From Octopus vulgaris (taxonomy: Eukaryota): a DNA stretch of 64,000 nucleotides. Position numbers and translations under genes: made by a program. Location of the stretch: the NCBI GenBank assembly GCA_951406725.2, contig OX597837.1:17856001-17920000 (forward strand), in the 5' to 3' direction. Positions 11,991 through 24,849 of this stretch are shown here, in pieces (position 1 is the stretch's first letter; each line of letters opens with the position of its first letter). The notes under the pieces were generated by a model, which saw only the letters and a list, made by a program, of their open reading frames with translations, was not told where the DNA came from and did no database searches.

Positions 11991-12321
11991 ATATAGTTAT
12001 AAAATGTACTTGAGTGAATCAGTGACAATATGTCAGTTTTGGTCTAGTTTTGAGAGCTTTAATGCATGGGAGATAATTCTCCATTGATGTCTGATTTCTA
12101 GTATTCTTTTTATTCGTAAATTCTACTCAATGTTTAAAAATATGTCAATTCTTTTATAAGATATACCTTCTTGTTTATACAGGTATTGTTTTCAGTAAGC
12201 GTAATATGATAAAGCAAAATGTCAATACATACACTTATTTCCCTTTGGTTTCATATAATATATAAATGGTAATAATTCCTTTGTGCTTTTCTTTGTTCTA
12301 TATTTCTTCCTCTTTGTCTCT

Positions 12322-12393
<72 letters not shown>

Positions 12394-12449
12394 TGTGCAT
12401 ATCTATGCTCTTTAAAGTGAAGTCTGAATAGCTAGTAGTTTTTATCTGC

Positions 12450-14360
12450 CTTTCTATACGTATTGACTCTCGAGCCATTATTGCGGAAGCTGGCAACTTT
12501 GAGGGGCATCCTGCGAGAACTGGGATGCGAGACGAGCGTGTCTGCATATGCAGACGACGTCACCGTCATAGTGTCTAGCCACAAGCACATCGAGCAGGTC
12601 GGCGAGACACTGAAAAACTACGAAGCGGTGACAGGAGCGAAAATCAACCGGGAAAAGTCAGTGGGCTCGCGACTAGGCACCTGGAGAAGCAAGCCCATGC
12701 CGTCCACCAGCGCCTCCGTCGTGGGACGCTGGACCGACGGCCCGGTCGAGTTGCTCAGGGTCTGGTTCAGTCCGGACCTCCAAGTGGAGAAGAACTGGAA
12801 CGAGATAACGAGTAGGGTGGTCACTCTCGCCCGGCAATGGGCCGAGAGGAAACTGTCCCTAAAAGGTCGGGCGGAGGTGGTGAACACGTACATCGCGTCC
12901 GTCATCTACTACCGCCTGACTGTCGTGCCTTGTCCCGACCCTACCATCACCAAACTAGAACGCATTCTCTTTCGCTTCTTGTGGAAAGGATGCATCCCGA
13001 TGGTCAGGCGATCCATTTGCTGTCAACACCCGTTAAAAGGAGGACTGGGCATGCTGTGGTTGATGATGCACAGACACGCGCTGAGACTGCGACATCTCAG
13101 GATCTTCATAGACGACGGTGAACAGGTATGGTCGCCGTTTGTGAGGCACGCTTTCCCGCAGCTCGTCTCCATGACCGAACTGCAGTCGTGGATCAAAAAG
13201 AGGCCGAGGAAGGGCGAATGGCACCACGAGTGTCGTGTTGCTCTCAAGCAACTCTGCCATCCTGGGTCGACCTTGAATGACTCCATCACAACCAAAGCAT
13301 TCTATAGGGGATTAGTGGAGGGGAAGTACGACGACGAGCTTGGGGCGAACCTGGACGTCGACGAGGAATACCTGACCCGCCTGTTCGGGACAACTTTCGG
13401 GCCAGGGCCCATGGACAACTTCCAGAGATCCCTGGCCTGGCAGTGCTACCGAGAAGTGCTACCCGTTCAGGATAACCTCTACAGACATGGCTCGAGAAAC
13501 ACGGGGCCGACCTGCCCGAGATGCGGTCAGAGCGACGAAACCGTTCTGCACACACTCGTGCAGTGTCCAACAATTTCCGACCTGTGGGCTTATGTCGAAC
13601 AACTGCTGACACGTGTGGGACGAGTCGGTTTATCAGCTGAGTCTATCGTCAATATTGTCACGCTTCCTTCCTTCAAACGGGAAGGAAGAGCTGTTTTCAT
13701 CATCCTTGTGGCTATGGCGAAGGAATGTATCTGGTGGACGCGTCTGAAAGGATTGGAGACAAACACTTTCCTCTCTGGTCAATCTCTCATCAACTTCTTC
13801 AAGTACCACTTGAAAAGGAAAGTGAGAGTAGAGAGGCAAGTTTTGTCTAGCGAATGTTTTAAAAAAGATGGGTGAATGTAGAAAGGATGGCACGTATGAA
13901 TGACGAAGCCACCTTGAGCATGATCCTATGAACCCAGAAATTGAAAACAGAGGGTTACCCACTTGCAAACAAATGTGGTAACATATAACAATATTGACCG
14001 AGGTTACCGTGGTCTTTTTCGTAGGCTTTTCTTCCCACGGATAAACCATATCTGCTTTCCCCTTTACATCGTACATCATGACACTGTGATACACGATCCC
14101 TATTGATCGTTTTTTTTTTCCTCTCCCCCTTTTTTCGTCTTTTTTCATCCTTTTTTATTTTTATTTTCCTTTTTTTCCTTTTTTTTCTTTTCTTCCTTTT
14201 TTTCCCCCTTTTACGATCCCTTTTGATCGAAAACCTACGCCACTTTTTTTTGTTTCTTTTGTTTTTTGTTTTTTTTGTTGTTTTTTTTCATCCCACAAAA
14301 GAAAAGCTCTACCTTGTAATTTGTCCCATCTGTGTGCAGCCCTGTGTGGCCAATAAAGAA
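12450..14360 (+). mobile_element. L1/Tx1-clade LINE, 5'-truncated (RT C-half, zf-RVT, 3' UTR)
   Basis: 470-aa ORF 12463-13875 with LYVLTLEPLL, AYADDV, GAKINREKS, LSLKGRA, GGLG, CPRC..DETVLHTLVQC; T-rich 3' UTR ending aataaagaaa. Confidence 0.92.
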
Positions 14361-14559
14361 ACTTATCTATCTATCTATCTACCTACCTACCTACTCACCC
14401 ACCAACCAACCAACCAACCATGCTGAAATGTAACACATTAAAATCATACACAGAACACACACAGCACCCTGAAATCTCTCTACTCTGATGCAGTTGGGAG
14501 ATTTCAAAAATATTTGTCCAAAAAACTGTATAAAAACCTTCTGGGAGAAGACTGTGAGG

Positions 14560-15195
14560 TAAAGAACAAAGAACGTTCGGACAGTAAATGACTCTGTCTC
14601 TCTCTTTCTCTCTCTTTCTTTTTCATCTTCCTTTCGTGTGTAAAACACAACTTTCGATAGGAACATGCTCAAAATAGGCAGTATAAATGTATGTGACTTG
14701 GGGTTGCCTTGGAAACAAGGCTACCTGTTAAATGACATCAAGTCACAAAATTTGCATATCATAGCCATCAGTGAGACCAGACTCTACAGCTCGTGGGCAC
14801 TCCAGTACATGTTCGGCACACATTTCAACATTTATTTTTCTCCGTGTCTACTGAGAATGGGTGGAGGTGGCACCGCGGTGCTTCTCCGGAAGAGTCTGGA
14901 CCTCAAAGTAAGAGCAATTTTCCTAGACCCAGAGAATAGGCTGATCATCTTGGATGTTGATGGCAGCAATGAGTGTGCTTTTCGACTGATAACAGTTTAT
15001 GCACTGTCCTTAACAGGCTGGCCAGATTTCTTTCGACGTCTAGAGGTTTTCCTGGGAACGTCTTGACCTTTACTTTTAGTGGGGGATTGGACACACATCT
15101 AGACTACATGGGCAGAGATAGTAATAGGAGGGGATGCAAATGCCTCAAAGACCTACTCAGGCATTTCTAACTGTCTGACAGGTACCGACTGGACC
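14560..15195 (+). mobile_element. L1/Tx1 ORF2 N-terminal AP-endonuclease fragment, decayed
   Basis: ORF 14665-15066 MLKIGSINV..IIAISETRL..GGGTAVLLRK..RLITVYA. Confidence 0.8.
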
Positions 15196-15196
15196 T

Positions 15197-15352
15197 ACTT
15201 TTAGTTTCCATCTACCAAATCCACTCTCAAGGTTTGGGTTGACCTGAGGCTGTAGTAGAAGACATTCACCCAAGGTGTTATGCAGTGGGACTGAACTAGG
15301 AACCATGTGGTTGGGAAGCAAGTGTCTTATGACACAGCCACGCCTGTGCCTG
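15197..15352 (-). mobile_element. OR2-like SINE, 5' half
   Basis: taccaaatccactc..gtgggactgaac..accatgtggttgggaagcaag..acacagccacgcctgtgcc. Confidence 0.8.
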
Positions 15353-15938
15353 TGTTTCAAAATGTAATTAATTCTTTGAGATTGCAGTAAAGAAATGCTT
15401 GATGTATTTGTCAAATGATGATGATTATGATAGTTCTTTCTTAACTAGGTGACAAAGATTGCTTTAATAACGAGTACAAGAATTAATAAGTACTGAGAGT
15501 GAATATAATGAATTAAAACCCTTTAAAGCAGTGCTCTAACATGTTCTCAGTTCAATGACTGAAATGAGTAAGAGTATATTTTGTTAGAAGCCGAAGTATA
15601 GCAATGAAAGGGCTAAATGGTTTCTAACCATTATAGTCTTCTTATCTCTTAGAGTAATTAATCTGCAGGAGTGGATTGTGTTAGAGTGTAGTGAAGGCTG
15701 CTGGAAAAGTCTCTTCCATTCTCTCCTCTGCAACTCCCTCTCATCCACATTTCAACTCACTCCTGCTGAATATGTCTTTTCAGCCAGACCAAATAATATT
15801 GATATGTTTGCTGACCCTCCCTACCCCTCCTCAATTTTTTTGTTTGCATACATACAAATACAGACAATGTTATTTACATACAAACTATTTCTTTGAAAGG
15901 AGATCACTGAAAACATTCATTGTATGTTTTAGATGTAG

Positions 15939-16046
15939 AATGATAGCTTGTTGAATGGCTTTCCTACATCTACTTATTTCTGGGTCAGATGGCTCTGCAA
16001 ATTTAGATGTTTACAGCAAATTGTTTATGGGGATTATCAAAACAAG
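15939..16046 (+). CDS. Candidate host-gene exon (108 nt, phase 0-0): NDSLLNGFPTSTYFWVRWLCKFRCLQQIVYGDYQNK
   Basis: Non-repetitive sequence, open frame, strong donor AAG|gtatgc; acceptor ambiguous (ttttag atgtag|). Confidence 0.35.
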
Positions 16047-16194
16047 GTATGCTGAACATTATCAAATAAGGTAAATTCTAATAATTATCATCACCATTAT
16101 TGTTTTAATGTTCATGCTTGCATGGCAATTCATTGAGGCAGATTTTCAACCACTGGATGCCTACCTCACCTGTTTCCAAGTGAGGTCAGATCTT

Positions 16195-16400
16195 TTATCT
16201 TTTTCTTGTTTCAGTCATTAGACTGGGCCACCGCCTTGAATTTTTAGTCAAATGAATCAACCCCAGTACTCATTTTTTGTTTAACCTGGTACTTATTCTA
16301 TCAGATTCTTTGCTGAACTGCTAAGTTACAGGGACGTAAACACACCAACACCAGTTGTCAAGCAGTGGTGGGGGACAAACACAGACAAAGACACTTGCAC
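16195..16400 (-). mobile_element. OR2-like SINE, 3' half
   Basis: cttgtttcagtcatt..ccccagtact..gtacttattctatc..gacgtaaacacacc. Confidence 0.8.
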
Positions 16401-16416
16401 ATAGCTACATATATAC

Positions 16417-16469
<53 letters not shown>

Positions 16470-16495
16470 AATATATTACGTTACTCGATAGTCAA

Positions 16496-16556
16496 GATAA
16501 AACTCTGAGTTTCAGATGTCGAAGTGGAAATCCACAACACCATCTCTTCGGTTATC
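16496..16556 (-). ncRNA. Degenerate type I hammerhead-like motif
   Basis: Minus strand gataa-CCGAAGA-gatg..catc-t-GAAA-ctc-a-gag-TT-ttatc: stems I-III present, core non-canonical. Confidence 0.4.
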
Positions 16557-17617
16557 TGAATTAAAAATACATGATATTATTACATATACGTAAACTTGCC
16601 ATGTGTGTATTAAGTTTGCTGACCTCTTGGAGCTACTTTGCCTCAGTATATAAATAATAAACAATGGGTAATTTAAGGTAAAATAAGATTCCTGTCAAAT
16701 TGATATAAAAAAAAGAAGTAAAAACTTTATATACACCACAGTAGATGCCATCATGAACAACAGTGAATGGACTGCGTTGGTAGATAGATAAGATTTTTTA
16801 TGTTTTAGTGGTTGAAAAGTAAGAGTATATATATAGGCTCAAAGGAGTGAGACTTGAAAATGAAAGGTTTTTCTCTTTGTATAAAGGTTATGAGGTGTAT
16901 GTCAGCAATGTGATGCTATAAGACAGAAACTATAGGGGATCTGAGTTAAATATGTTAAATTAGTTTTCTTTGAATGGTTCTAGTCATCGGATTGCAGCTA
17001 TGCTGGGACTCTTCCAAAGGTTTCAATCCTTCTCTGTAGTTACTTCAATTCGGTAGTTATTATAATAGTGACAATCTTTCACAAATCACAGCTTACTATC
17101 TTTAACTCTTTAGCATTTAAACTGGCCACATCAGGCCAAGATATTCTACCTGTTTTATGTTCAAACTGGCCAGATGCAGCTTCTCATACCTACCATACAA
17201 TGTCATTCTAGATATATATATAATCACATCATTGAAATTTTGAAGCTACAAAATAATACATGATTACGTCAAAGCAATGTGAATAAATAAGCATTACATT
17301 TGACAATAAGCGGGGAAGGACTGATTAGATAGTCTTAAATACATCTAAAACAACAGGATGCTCCTGGTTATAATGCCTTTGATCATAGGTCTATTTGACC
17401 AGAGTTGACTTGGGTTAAACAACAATAATGTTTACTACTTGAGTCAATGGGTAGGTCCCTATGTGGTTGCTTGAACTGTTAGGCATAGCAACCAAATCAC
17501 TCTGAAATCATTACACTAATCCTAAATGCATTTTGTCTGAAAAATGGAAAAGCAGGATAGTCTAGCTGAAATGCCTTTGAGGATGTTTGCTGAATCAGGC
17601 CTGACCTGTGGCTAAAT

Positions 17618-17619
17618 AC

Positions 17620-17659
<40 letters not shown>

Positions 17660-17732
17660 AACCACCACCACCACCACTACTACTACCACTATTACCACCA
17701 CCACCACCACCAACAACAATGACAACAACAAT
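17618..17732. repeat. (CTA)n/(CCA)n/(CAA)n trinucleotide microsatellite
   Basis: Directly visible. Confidence 0.95.
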
Positions 17733-19018
17733 CAACCCCTATCATCAGTGAAAAACTACTCACGATTCCAGTGCTATTGGCCAGTTGCATTACCTCTACC
17801 AAAGCACCAACACTCCTATTTATTAAACAGTTCAGTCAAGCAGATGATGAAACAAGCAAAGTTATAACTATGGTAACTAACAGGTGTCAGTTAGGTTGGT
17901 TTTTTAACAGTGGCAGTGGCTAGGTGATGGCAAGAATGTTGATGGTGACAGTGGAGATGGTAGTGGCATCGATGGTGGATTAATACTTTGAAAGCTGATG
18001 CAACATGGGTGGTGTTTTTAGAATTGCAAGCTGCCGTAGTTTGTTTGTGTGTGTGTGAGAGGGAAGATAATCTGTCTGTTGTTATCTTTTTAGACAGATT
18101 GATGCATGTTGACTAGAGAGGTAGATACACAGATATGTATGAACTGGTTGGGAGTTTGAGGAATGAGATGAGCAGATAGACAAATACATGTGTAGACTGA
18201 TAGAGAAATTGATAGATAGACAGATCTGGTTGAGTTGGATGAATGAATTTATAAACTGTGTCAAGTGGATCTTGACCAGAGTAATAAAGAGAGAGAGAGA
18301 GAGAGAGAGGTGTTGGCACATAGTTAAGAGAAACATGCAGACAGACATGCAAAGATAGAAAAAGGCAAAGAGAGGAGAAAGAGAGATACACTATGATGGA
18401 GAAGCAAAGAGTGACTAGCAGACACAGAGACAGACAGACAGAAAGAAAGAATAGCAGGCAAAGAAATGTGGTCTGAAACAGTAAAGTGCTACTGAGTTGA
18501 TAGCTATGACAGAGGAATGAGTTATCAGGGATAAATTGAATACATGTAAGTGACTGATTAGTTAAGGTGTCAGATTTACTTAGTTAAGGTGTAGATTTAC
18601 TTATCTGTACAACTGCAATGAAAATGTCAGTCTCATGGTGTGGTGTTGGTTGGTGTTTTTAGTAGCAAAGTATCCAACCATAACATATCTTCTAGTAGGC
18701 AAAAAAACCCCAAAAAAAACTGAATTTGCAAATAACCCAGTTTAATGTCAATGTCCACTTTTTAAAATTTCTGAAATCTATTGTACCTAACTATTGTGCA
18801 TTTTTATCTATGACACATATCTATTTTCTTTCCTTTACTTGTTTCAGTCATTGGACTATGGCTATGCTGGAGTAGTGCCTTGCCAGTTTTAGTGGAACAA
18901 ATCAACTGCATTAATTGTTTTCTTATTTTTAAGTCTGGTACTTATTCTATTAGTCTCTTATGCTGAAATGCTAAGTTACAAGACTGGTCGTCAAGCAGTG
19001 GTGGGGGAGAAACACACA

Positions 19019-19052
<34 letters not shown>

Positions 19053-19242
19053 CAAGTAATAAGACATCAATTTAGTTGTATATTACCTTACCTGCTTCCA
19101 TGTGGTAATGATTTATACCATTTCATAGTACCTACTTATAGCTTCGTAGTCTGGGTCATAGAAAGCGTTCAACTATTAAGTTCTAGTGAGGTGGTTCCAA
19201 ATAGTGTAACTATGGCAGAATGTGCCTCAAGACGTAGCTAGG

Positions 19243-20495
19243 TATTAGGTCATCAAGTATGAAATTTATAGAAAAGAGAAAAAGTTTGCTAATGTTTTAT
19301 AATTACAAGGAATAGTTTTATTCATCAAAGTATGCACCCATATTGTCAATATACTTTTGCCATTTCAGCAGTAGCTTGTCCAGCTCAGAACTGTAAAAGT
19401 CTGGCAATCTAGAGTCAACAAAATCTTGGAAGGCTTGTTTTACAGCATCATCAGAGTTAAATTTTTTTCCTATCAAAAAGTTATCTAAATTCTGGAAGAA
19501 GTGGTAGTCAGTGGGGGCAAGATCAGTTGAGTATGGTGGATGATGGAAAACTTCCAACTCCAACACCTGTAGTTTCGCCAATATCATTTTTGCAATGTGT
19601 GGTCTGGCGTTGTCTTGCAATAAAATAGGAGTGGATCTGTTGACTAATCGAGGCTGTTTTTTTGTAAGTTTCTGCATCATTTGGTCCAATTGGCTGCAGG
19701 TTTAATGATGAGCCAGGTTTAATGAAATCGTAATAGATCACACCTCTGTCAGACCACCAAACACACACCATCAGCTTCTTTTGTTGAATTTTGCTTTTTG
19801 GACTGTGTTTTGGTAGCTTGTCTTTGTCCAGCCATTGTGCTGAACATTTACGGTTGTTGTATTGAATCCATTTCTCATCACATGTTACAATTTGATTCAA
19901 AAATCATTTTTGTGATGAGAAAATAGCATAATGCAGACTTCCAAATGTTGCTGTTTCTGATTTTCATTGAGTCCCTGTGGAACCCACTTATCCAACATTT
20001 TCACTTGACCAATTTGAACTGAGTCAATATTGTTTGTTTGCTATCACCAAACAACAATGATAATTCACGGGCACTTTGAGATGGATCTGATTTGACAGTG
20101 GCTTTCAATTCATCATTATCCATCTTTGTTTCTGGTTGACCGCGTTGCTCATTTGTGAGGTCAAAGTTATCAGAACAATGAAAACCAATTTGATACTGTC
20201 TGCTGTGTAATGAAATACTACATTAATATTCCAAGCTGTCTGTGATGCTGTATTTCCAAGAAAGAACTCATATTTCAAAACTATGAATTTCTTACTTATT
20301 TATCTATAAACAAAAATAGCAAAAAATGATTTAGAAATACTTTATAAAGCACAAAATGAGTTAGAATAAAGAAATAGATGTGTCAGTTTTCTAACAAAAA
20401 ATAAAGATTGCCAAAATATAGTAATGGCACAAAATGAGCAGCTGTCAAAGTTTACCATATACCTTACTACAAATTTCATACTTGACGGCCTAATA
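19243..20495 (-). mobile_element. Full-length but inactivated mariner (D,D34D type)
   Basis: ~30-bp TIRs tattaggtcatcaagtatgaaatt / aatttcatacttgacggcctaata with TA ends; IVTCDEKW, LLQDNARPH, PPYSTDLAPTDYH split by frameshifts. Confidence 0.93.
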
Positions 20496-21429
20496 CAACT
20501 TGAAAATAATGAAATCATATTTTTAAAAATAAGAAAAATTCAAACTAAAAATTTTAATATAAAATTTTAACTAATCTTCACTCATTGAATAAAGAAGTAA
20601 ATATTTAAGAATTCATAATTAATTGCTTGTAGTTTAAATTATTTGTTTCTAGGATAAAAACAATAAAGAAAAGAAGTTCAGGATACTGTTTTAGTAGTTT
20701 CTTTACTTCTTGACATTCTGGTAGTAACAACCACTCACCACTAGTTAAAAAAAGTAATGCCACAAAGATAGATCCTCAATTTTTTTATCACATAATAGCA
20801 CACTGAATATGGAACAAAAGATTACCAGTGCACTTCACATTGGAAATTCAATAATAATAATAAAAACTTTTAAAAATTTTAGGAAAATGTATAAAATGCT
20901 TATTGCTTATCTTGTCTTATGAATTATATATGAGTATAACAAAATTATGAATTACCTATTTTTTAAAACATTTGAGCATTTGCATTTTAGAAAATGTTTT
21001 CTAAAGCCTGAAATTATATTTTTTTAGATATTTGGAGTGTCTTTTGATACCCTTCATTGGTCAGTGTTTGAAAACCTTGACTTAAGGTTTACCTTCTCTT
21101 GAAATACTTTCATTCATGAGTCCAATTCCTTGTCAATGTTGGATGAGCTGCCATTTCTGCAAACTCATATGAATTTGTAGAAATGGCAGCTCATCAGACT
21201 AATGTAATTTTACAGTATTTAATATAGTCTTTCTTTTCTTTCCGTATTTGGAAGTGATGATTTCACCTGGTCTGGTTTTGCTTTCCGGTCTTCTAAGTTG
21301 TTGATACCAGTTATCTACTATACTTGTTTAGTTGATTAAAAGCCTTCCAACCTACCCATCAATAATTAACATTATACTTAAACAATTAACTACCCTCCTC
21401 TCTATTTCTTCCCCTCTGTCTTTCTCTCT

Positions 21430-21655
21430 CTAGCATCTGTGCTGGTGCCATGTAAAAAGCACCTGTGCTGCGACAACATAAAAAGCATCCAGTACACTTT
21501 GTAAAGTGGTTGACATTAGGAAGGGCATCAAGTTATAGAAACCATGCCAAAACAGATAATTGAAACCTGATGCAGCTCTTTGGCTTGCCAGTTCCAGTCA
21601 AACCATCCAATCCATGCCAGCATGGAAAATAGACATTAAAAGATGATGATGATAT
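21430..21655 (+). mobile_element. RTE-LINE 3' tail fragment
   Basis: aggaagggcatc..catgccagcatggaaa..(gat)n tail shared with the RTE copy at 30385. Confidence 0.7.
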
Positions 21656-22011
21656 ATAAACCCAGTGTTCTCTCGGTCAATATGTCTTCATCTAATTCTG
21701 TACTGTCACAATATTTCTCTACCTTATTTGCATCCTTTTCATAGTTGACATTTCTACACTGAAGATGGAACAAACAAAAGGAAAAAGAAAAAACACAGTA
21801 GCGAAAAATAATGATAAAACCAAGCCAAACTAAGATGGGGTGATTGATGACCTTTTCATTCTGAAGGTCATTGACTTGATGGCATTGATGAAAGCTGCTG
21901 AAATGTTAGGTTTTTCCAGATAGGGGTTGGATCATATTGTTCTATGAACTTTGTACTCAAACATTAGGTGCAGAATCTAGAATCTTTGTTATTGTGTGTG
22001 AGCATTCTTTT

Positions 22012-22382
22012 ATTCTTTTACTTGTTTCAGTTATTAAACTGTGGCCATGCTGGAACACTGCCTTCCAGAATATTAGTTGAATGAATTGACCCCAGTACTT
22101 ATTTTTTAAGCTTTGTACTTATTCTGTTGATTTCTTTTGCTGATCCACTAAGTTATGGAGACATAAACACACCAGCATTGGTTGTCAAGTAGTGGTGGGG
22201 AACAAACATATATGCACACGTGCAGACACACACACACACACACACACAACAGGCTTTCAGATTCCTTCTACCAAATCCACTCACAAAACGTTTGTTGACT
22301 TGAGGTGATGGTAGAAGACATTTACTCTAGGTGCCACTCAGTAGGACTGAACCTGGAACTATGTGGTTGGGAAGCAAACTTC
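22012..22382 (-). mobile_element. OR2-like SINE
   Basis: Collinear with 3770-4191. Confidence 0.8.
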
Positions 22383-23231
22383 ATCAGATGTGACTCATTT
22401 AATGCTGCAAAATAGATTTGAGAACAATATGACAAAGCTTGGTTTGTTTGGTTTTAATTTTATTGTTTTAAATGTTTTACATTCATTTTCTCCTGCTTGC
22501 ATAGATGGGATGGTTTTCTGTTGGTGCGATTCTCTCTGCAGCTTTATGTCCTTCCTACTGCTAACCACTCAGCCATAGAGTAGTAGGAGTGATGCCTGTT
22601 TTTTTCTTTTCGTTTCGTTTGTTTTATTCTGTCACATGGAGAAAAGATAGATAGGAAACTATAGGAAAATTGGAAAAGTTCAGTTGCTGTAAGGAGTACA
22701 AAATATAATGTTTTGGCCCTTACAAGTTTAAAAGTTCAGTTTGGTTACAGTGCTGGATGATTATCTAGCTTTTGAATCTAAGTGCTAGAAAACATCTGTT
22801 TATTACTAGATCAGTGAGGTTATCTACCCCACTCCTCTCTTAAGCATTCTCATCTGTAACACACTTCACAAGCTGCATTGCAGACTAGCCATCTAAGAAA
22901 GTAGGTTATGATGCAGCTTGTGAAGTCAATATTTTGTGTCCAAAATTCTAAACAAGAATTGATAGGTAAGGCTTTAGTTCTCACCTGCAGAAACTCTCTG
23001 TTGCTGGTGGTATGATGAAATGCACCTAAGATGTATATAATATCAAAGTTAGATGGGTTTTTCCCTATTTGCATGTGGAAGGTGGTGAGGATTGTGTTAT
23101 ATACTAATATAGAAAAATGAACATAAAATGATGATCATGACAGATGCTAAAAGATAGAACAAAACTGTTTGCAATGCTATATTTGCATTAGAAATTACTG
23201 TCGTGACTTTTCAATCATGTAACTGTTTTGA

Positions 23232-23404
23232 ATACAACATATGATCTTTAATTGAGTCAGGTACTACATATGATCTCAGATTAAACCAGGTATTACATAT
23301 GATCTCAGGTCAGTCAGTTTCAGGTGCAACACATAAACTCAGATCAAGTTACTTTCAGGTGCAACGCTTGGCTTCAGTTCAAGTCAAGTACTACACATGA
23401 TCTC
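23232..23404. repeat. Degenerate minisatellite, ~29-35 bp unit, about 6 copies
   Basis: Recurring caggtactacatatgatctcag-like unit. Confidence 0.7.
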
Positions 23405-24849
23405 TAAAATTACAAATAATGGTTTCTTATAAGACCACTTGATGTCAGGTTTATAGAGGAGGAAAATGAGCTTCTTGCTATTCATGCTTTTCTCAAGAAC
23501 CTTTGATCATTATAGAAGTAGAACCAAAGTTTGAATCATCTCACTTCACATTTTCTTCCTCAAGCCTTGAATTATGTCTTGGAAGTCAGTCCAATATTTT
23601 CTTGAACCTTAATATATATGTGAGGGCAGTGGGTTGTTTAAGTGATCACATACAGGGCTCCTTGTTGGCTAGGGGTATTTAGTCTAACTCATTGTAGAGC
23701 ATTAAGTATAATTCTGTTTTGTTTTCTTTTTTATATTCTGAGTTGAAATTCTAGCCTTGTCTTTTATTTTCATCCCTCACACATGTATACTCTTATTTGC
23801 TATAATGAATACTTTGTAAATAATGAAACCCACCATTTTATTACATGAACACGTGGTCAGTGCCATTTTATAATTAAATTATCAATTAATCTCATTTCCA
23901 GCTGCAGCTCAATATTTGTTTGTGTGCATTCTATTTATCAAATCAGCTTCTACAGTACCTGCAAGTGAAGGCAAAAGTTGTGCCTCTGCTGCTGAATTCT
24001 TATAATCTGAAACAGAGTCATCTCCCCTACTTATTTGGTCAAAGAATGATGTTAACTCCTAATATTCTTCCTAATCATTTCATTTAACTCTACTGTTTTA
24101 TATTTCTCATGTTGAATACACTGGAAATAAATAAAAGTAATCACCATTATGCAGTCAGCTTCCGTTTGTAATTAAATTATTAATTAGTACCAGCAGCATA
24201 CTAGGATAGAATCAATCTATAATATCCCCTTTCCTTACAATAATTAGCTTTGTGCCTAATGAAAAAAGTTATTGTTGAAGCAATAAAGGTACATGCAGCA
24301 GTTGTTGACAATTTCATTTGTTTATTTATTGACACCTGTGCTAATGTAATTTGAACACTTGAACAGCTTAACTTCGTTTAGACTCGTCAGCTGTTACTGT
24401 TACTGTTTTAAATCCAAATTGCAACTGATTGTTTTTTCATTGTAATATTTAGCTCTCATCACTTTGAATTTCATTTTATTTTGAGTTTGTTTCTGCTGTT
24501 CTCTTTTTAATGCATATTCCTAGCACAGAATTAATTACTTTGCTACTCACTCTGGGTTGTTATGTAATTTTTCTTCTACACTTAATGTAAAATCTACCTC
24601 AGCAGATGACCAATTCCAGATATTAATAGATTGTATGCATGTCTTTCACCATTTTGGTTTGTTTATAGCCTCTGTAACTTAGTATTTTGGTAAAAAGAGA
24701 TTGATAGAATTAATACCAGCCTTAAAAATAAGTACTGAGCTTGATTTAACCAAGTCAGTTCCAATTCAATGAATAAAATGAGTAAGAGTACATTTGGTTG
24801 ATGAAAACTGAAGGAAGCCTGTCATATATACCCTTGCTGGATAAACCTG

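Noticed and set aside
11521-12087. Several overlapping ORFs rich in YI/HT/CV dipeptides
   Set aside because: Translations of (TA)n/(CA)n/(TG)n microsatellites; the same applies to ORFs near 1735, 8883, 33083, 49949, 51424 and 57398.
12463-13875. Longest ORF as a host gene or prokaryotic RT (retron/group II/DGR)
   Set aside because: YADD plus zf-RVT, 5' truncation and a LINE-type 3' UTR identify an L1/Tx1 ORF2 fragment.
18558-18603. ~22-bp tandem duplication ttagttaaggtgt(c)agatttac
   Set aside because: Simple slippage duplication with no further structure.
19318-19900. SETMAR-like host gene
   Set aside because: Bounded by TIRs, frameshifted and with no SET domain; a dead mariner copy.
23232-23404. 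CRISPR-like periodic repeats
   Set aside because: Units are degenerate and adjacent, with no unique spacers, no cas genes and a eukaryotic context; it is a minisatellite. The same applies to 44977-45093.
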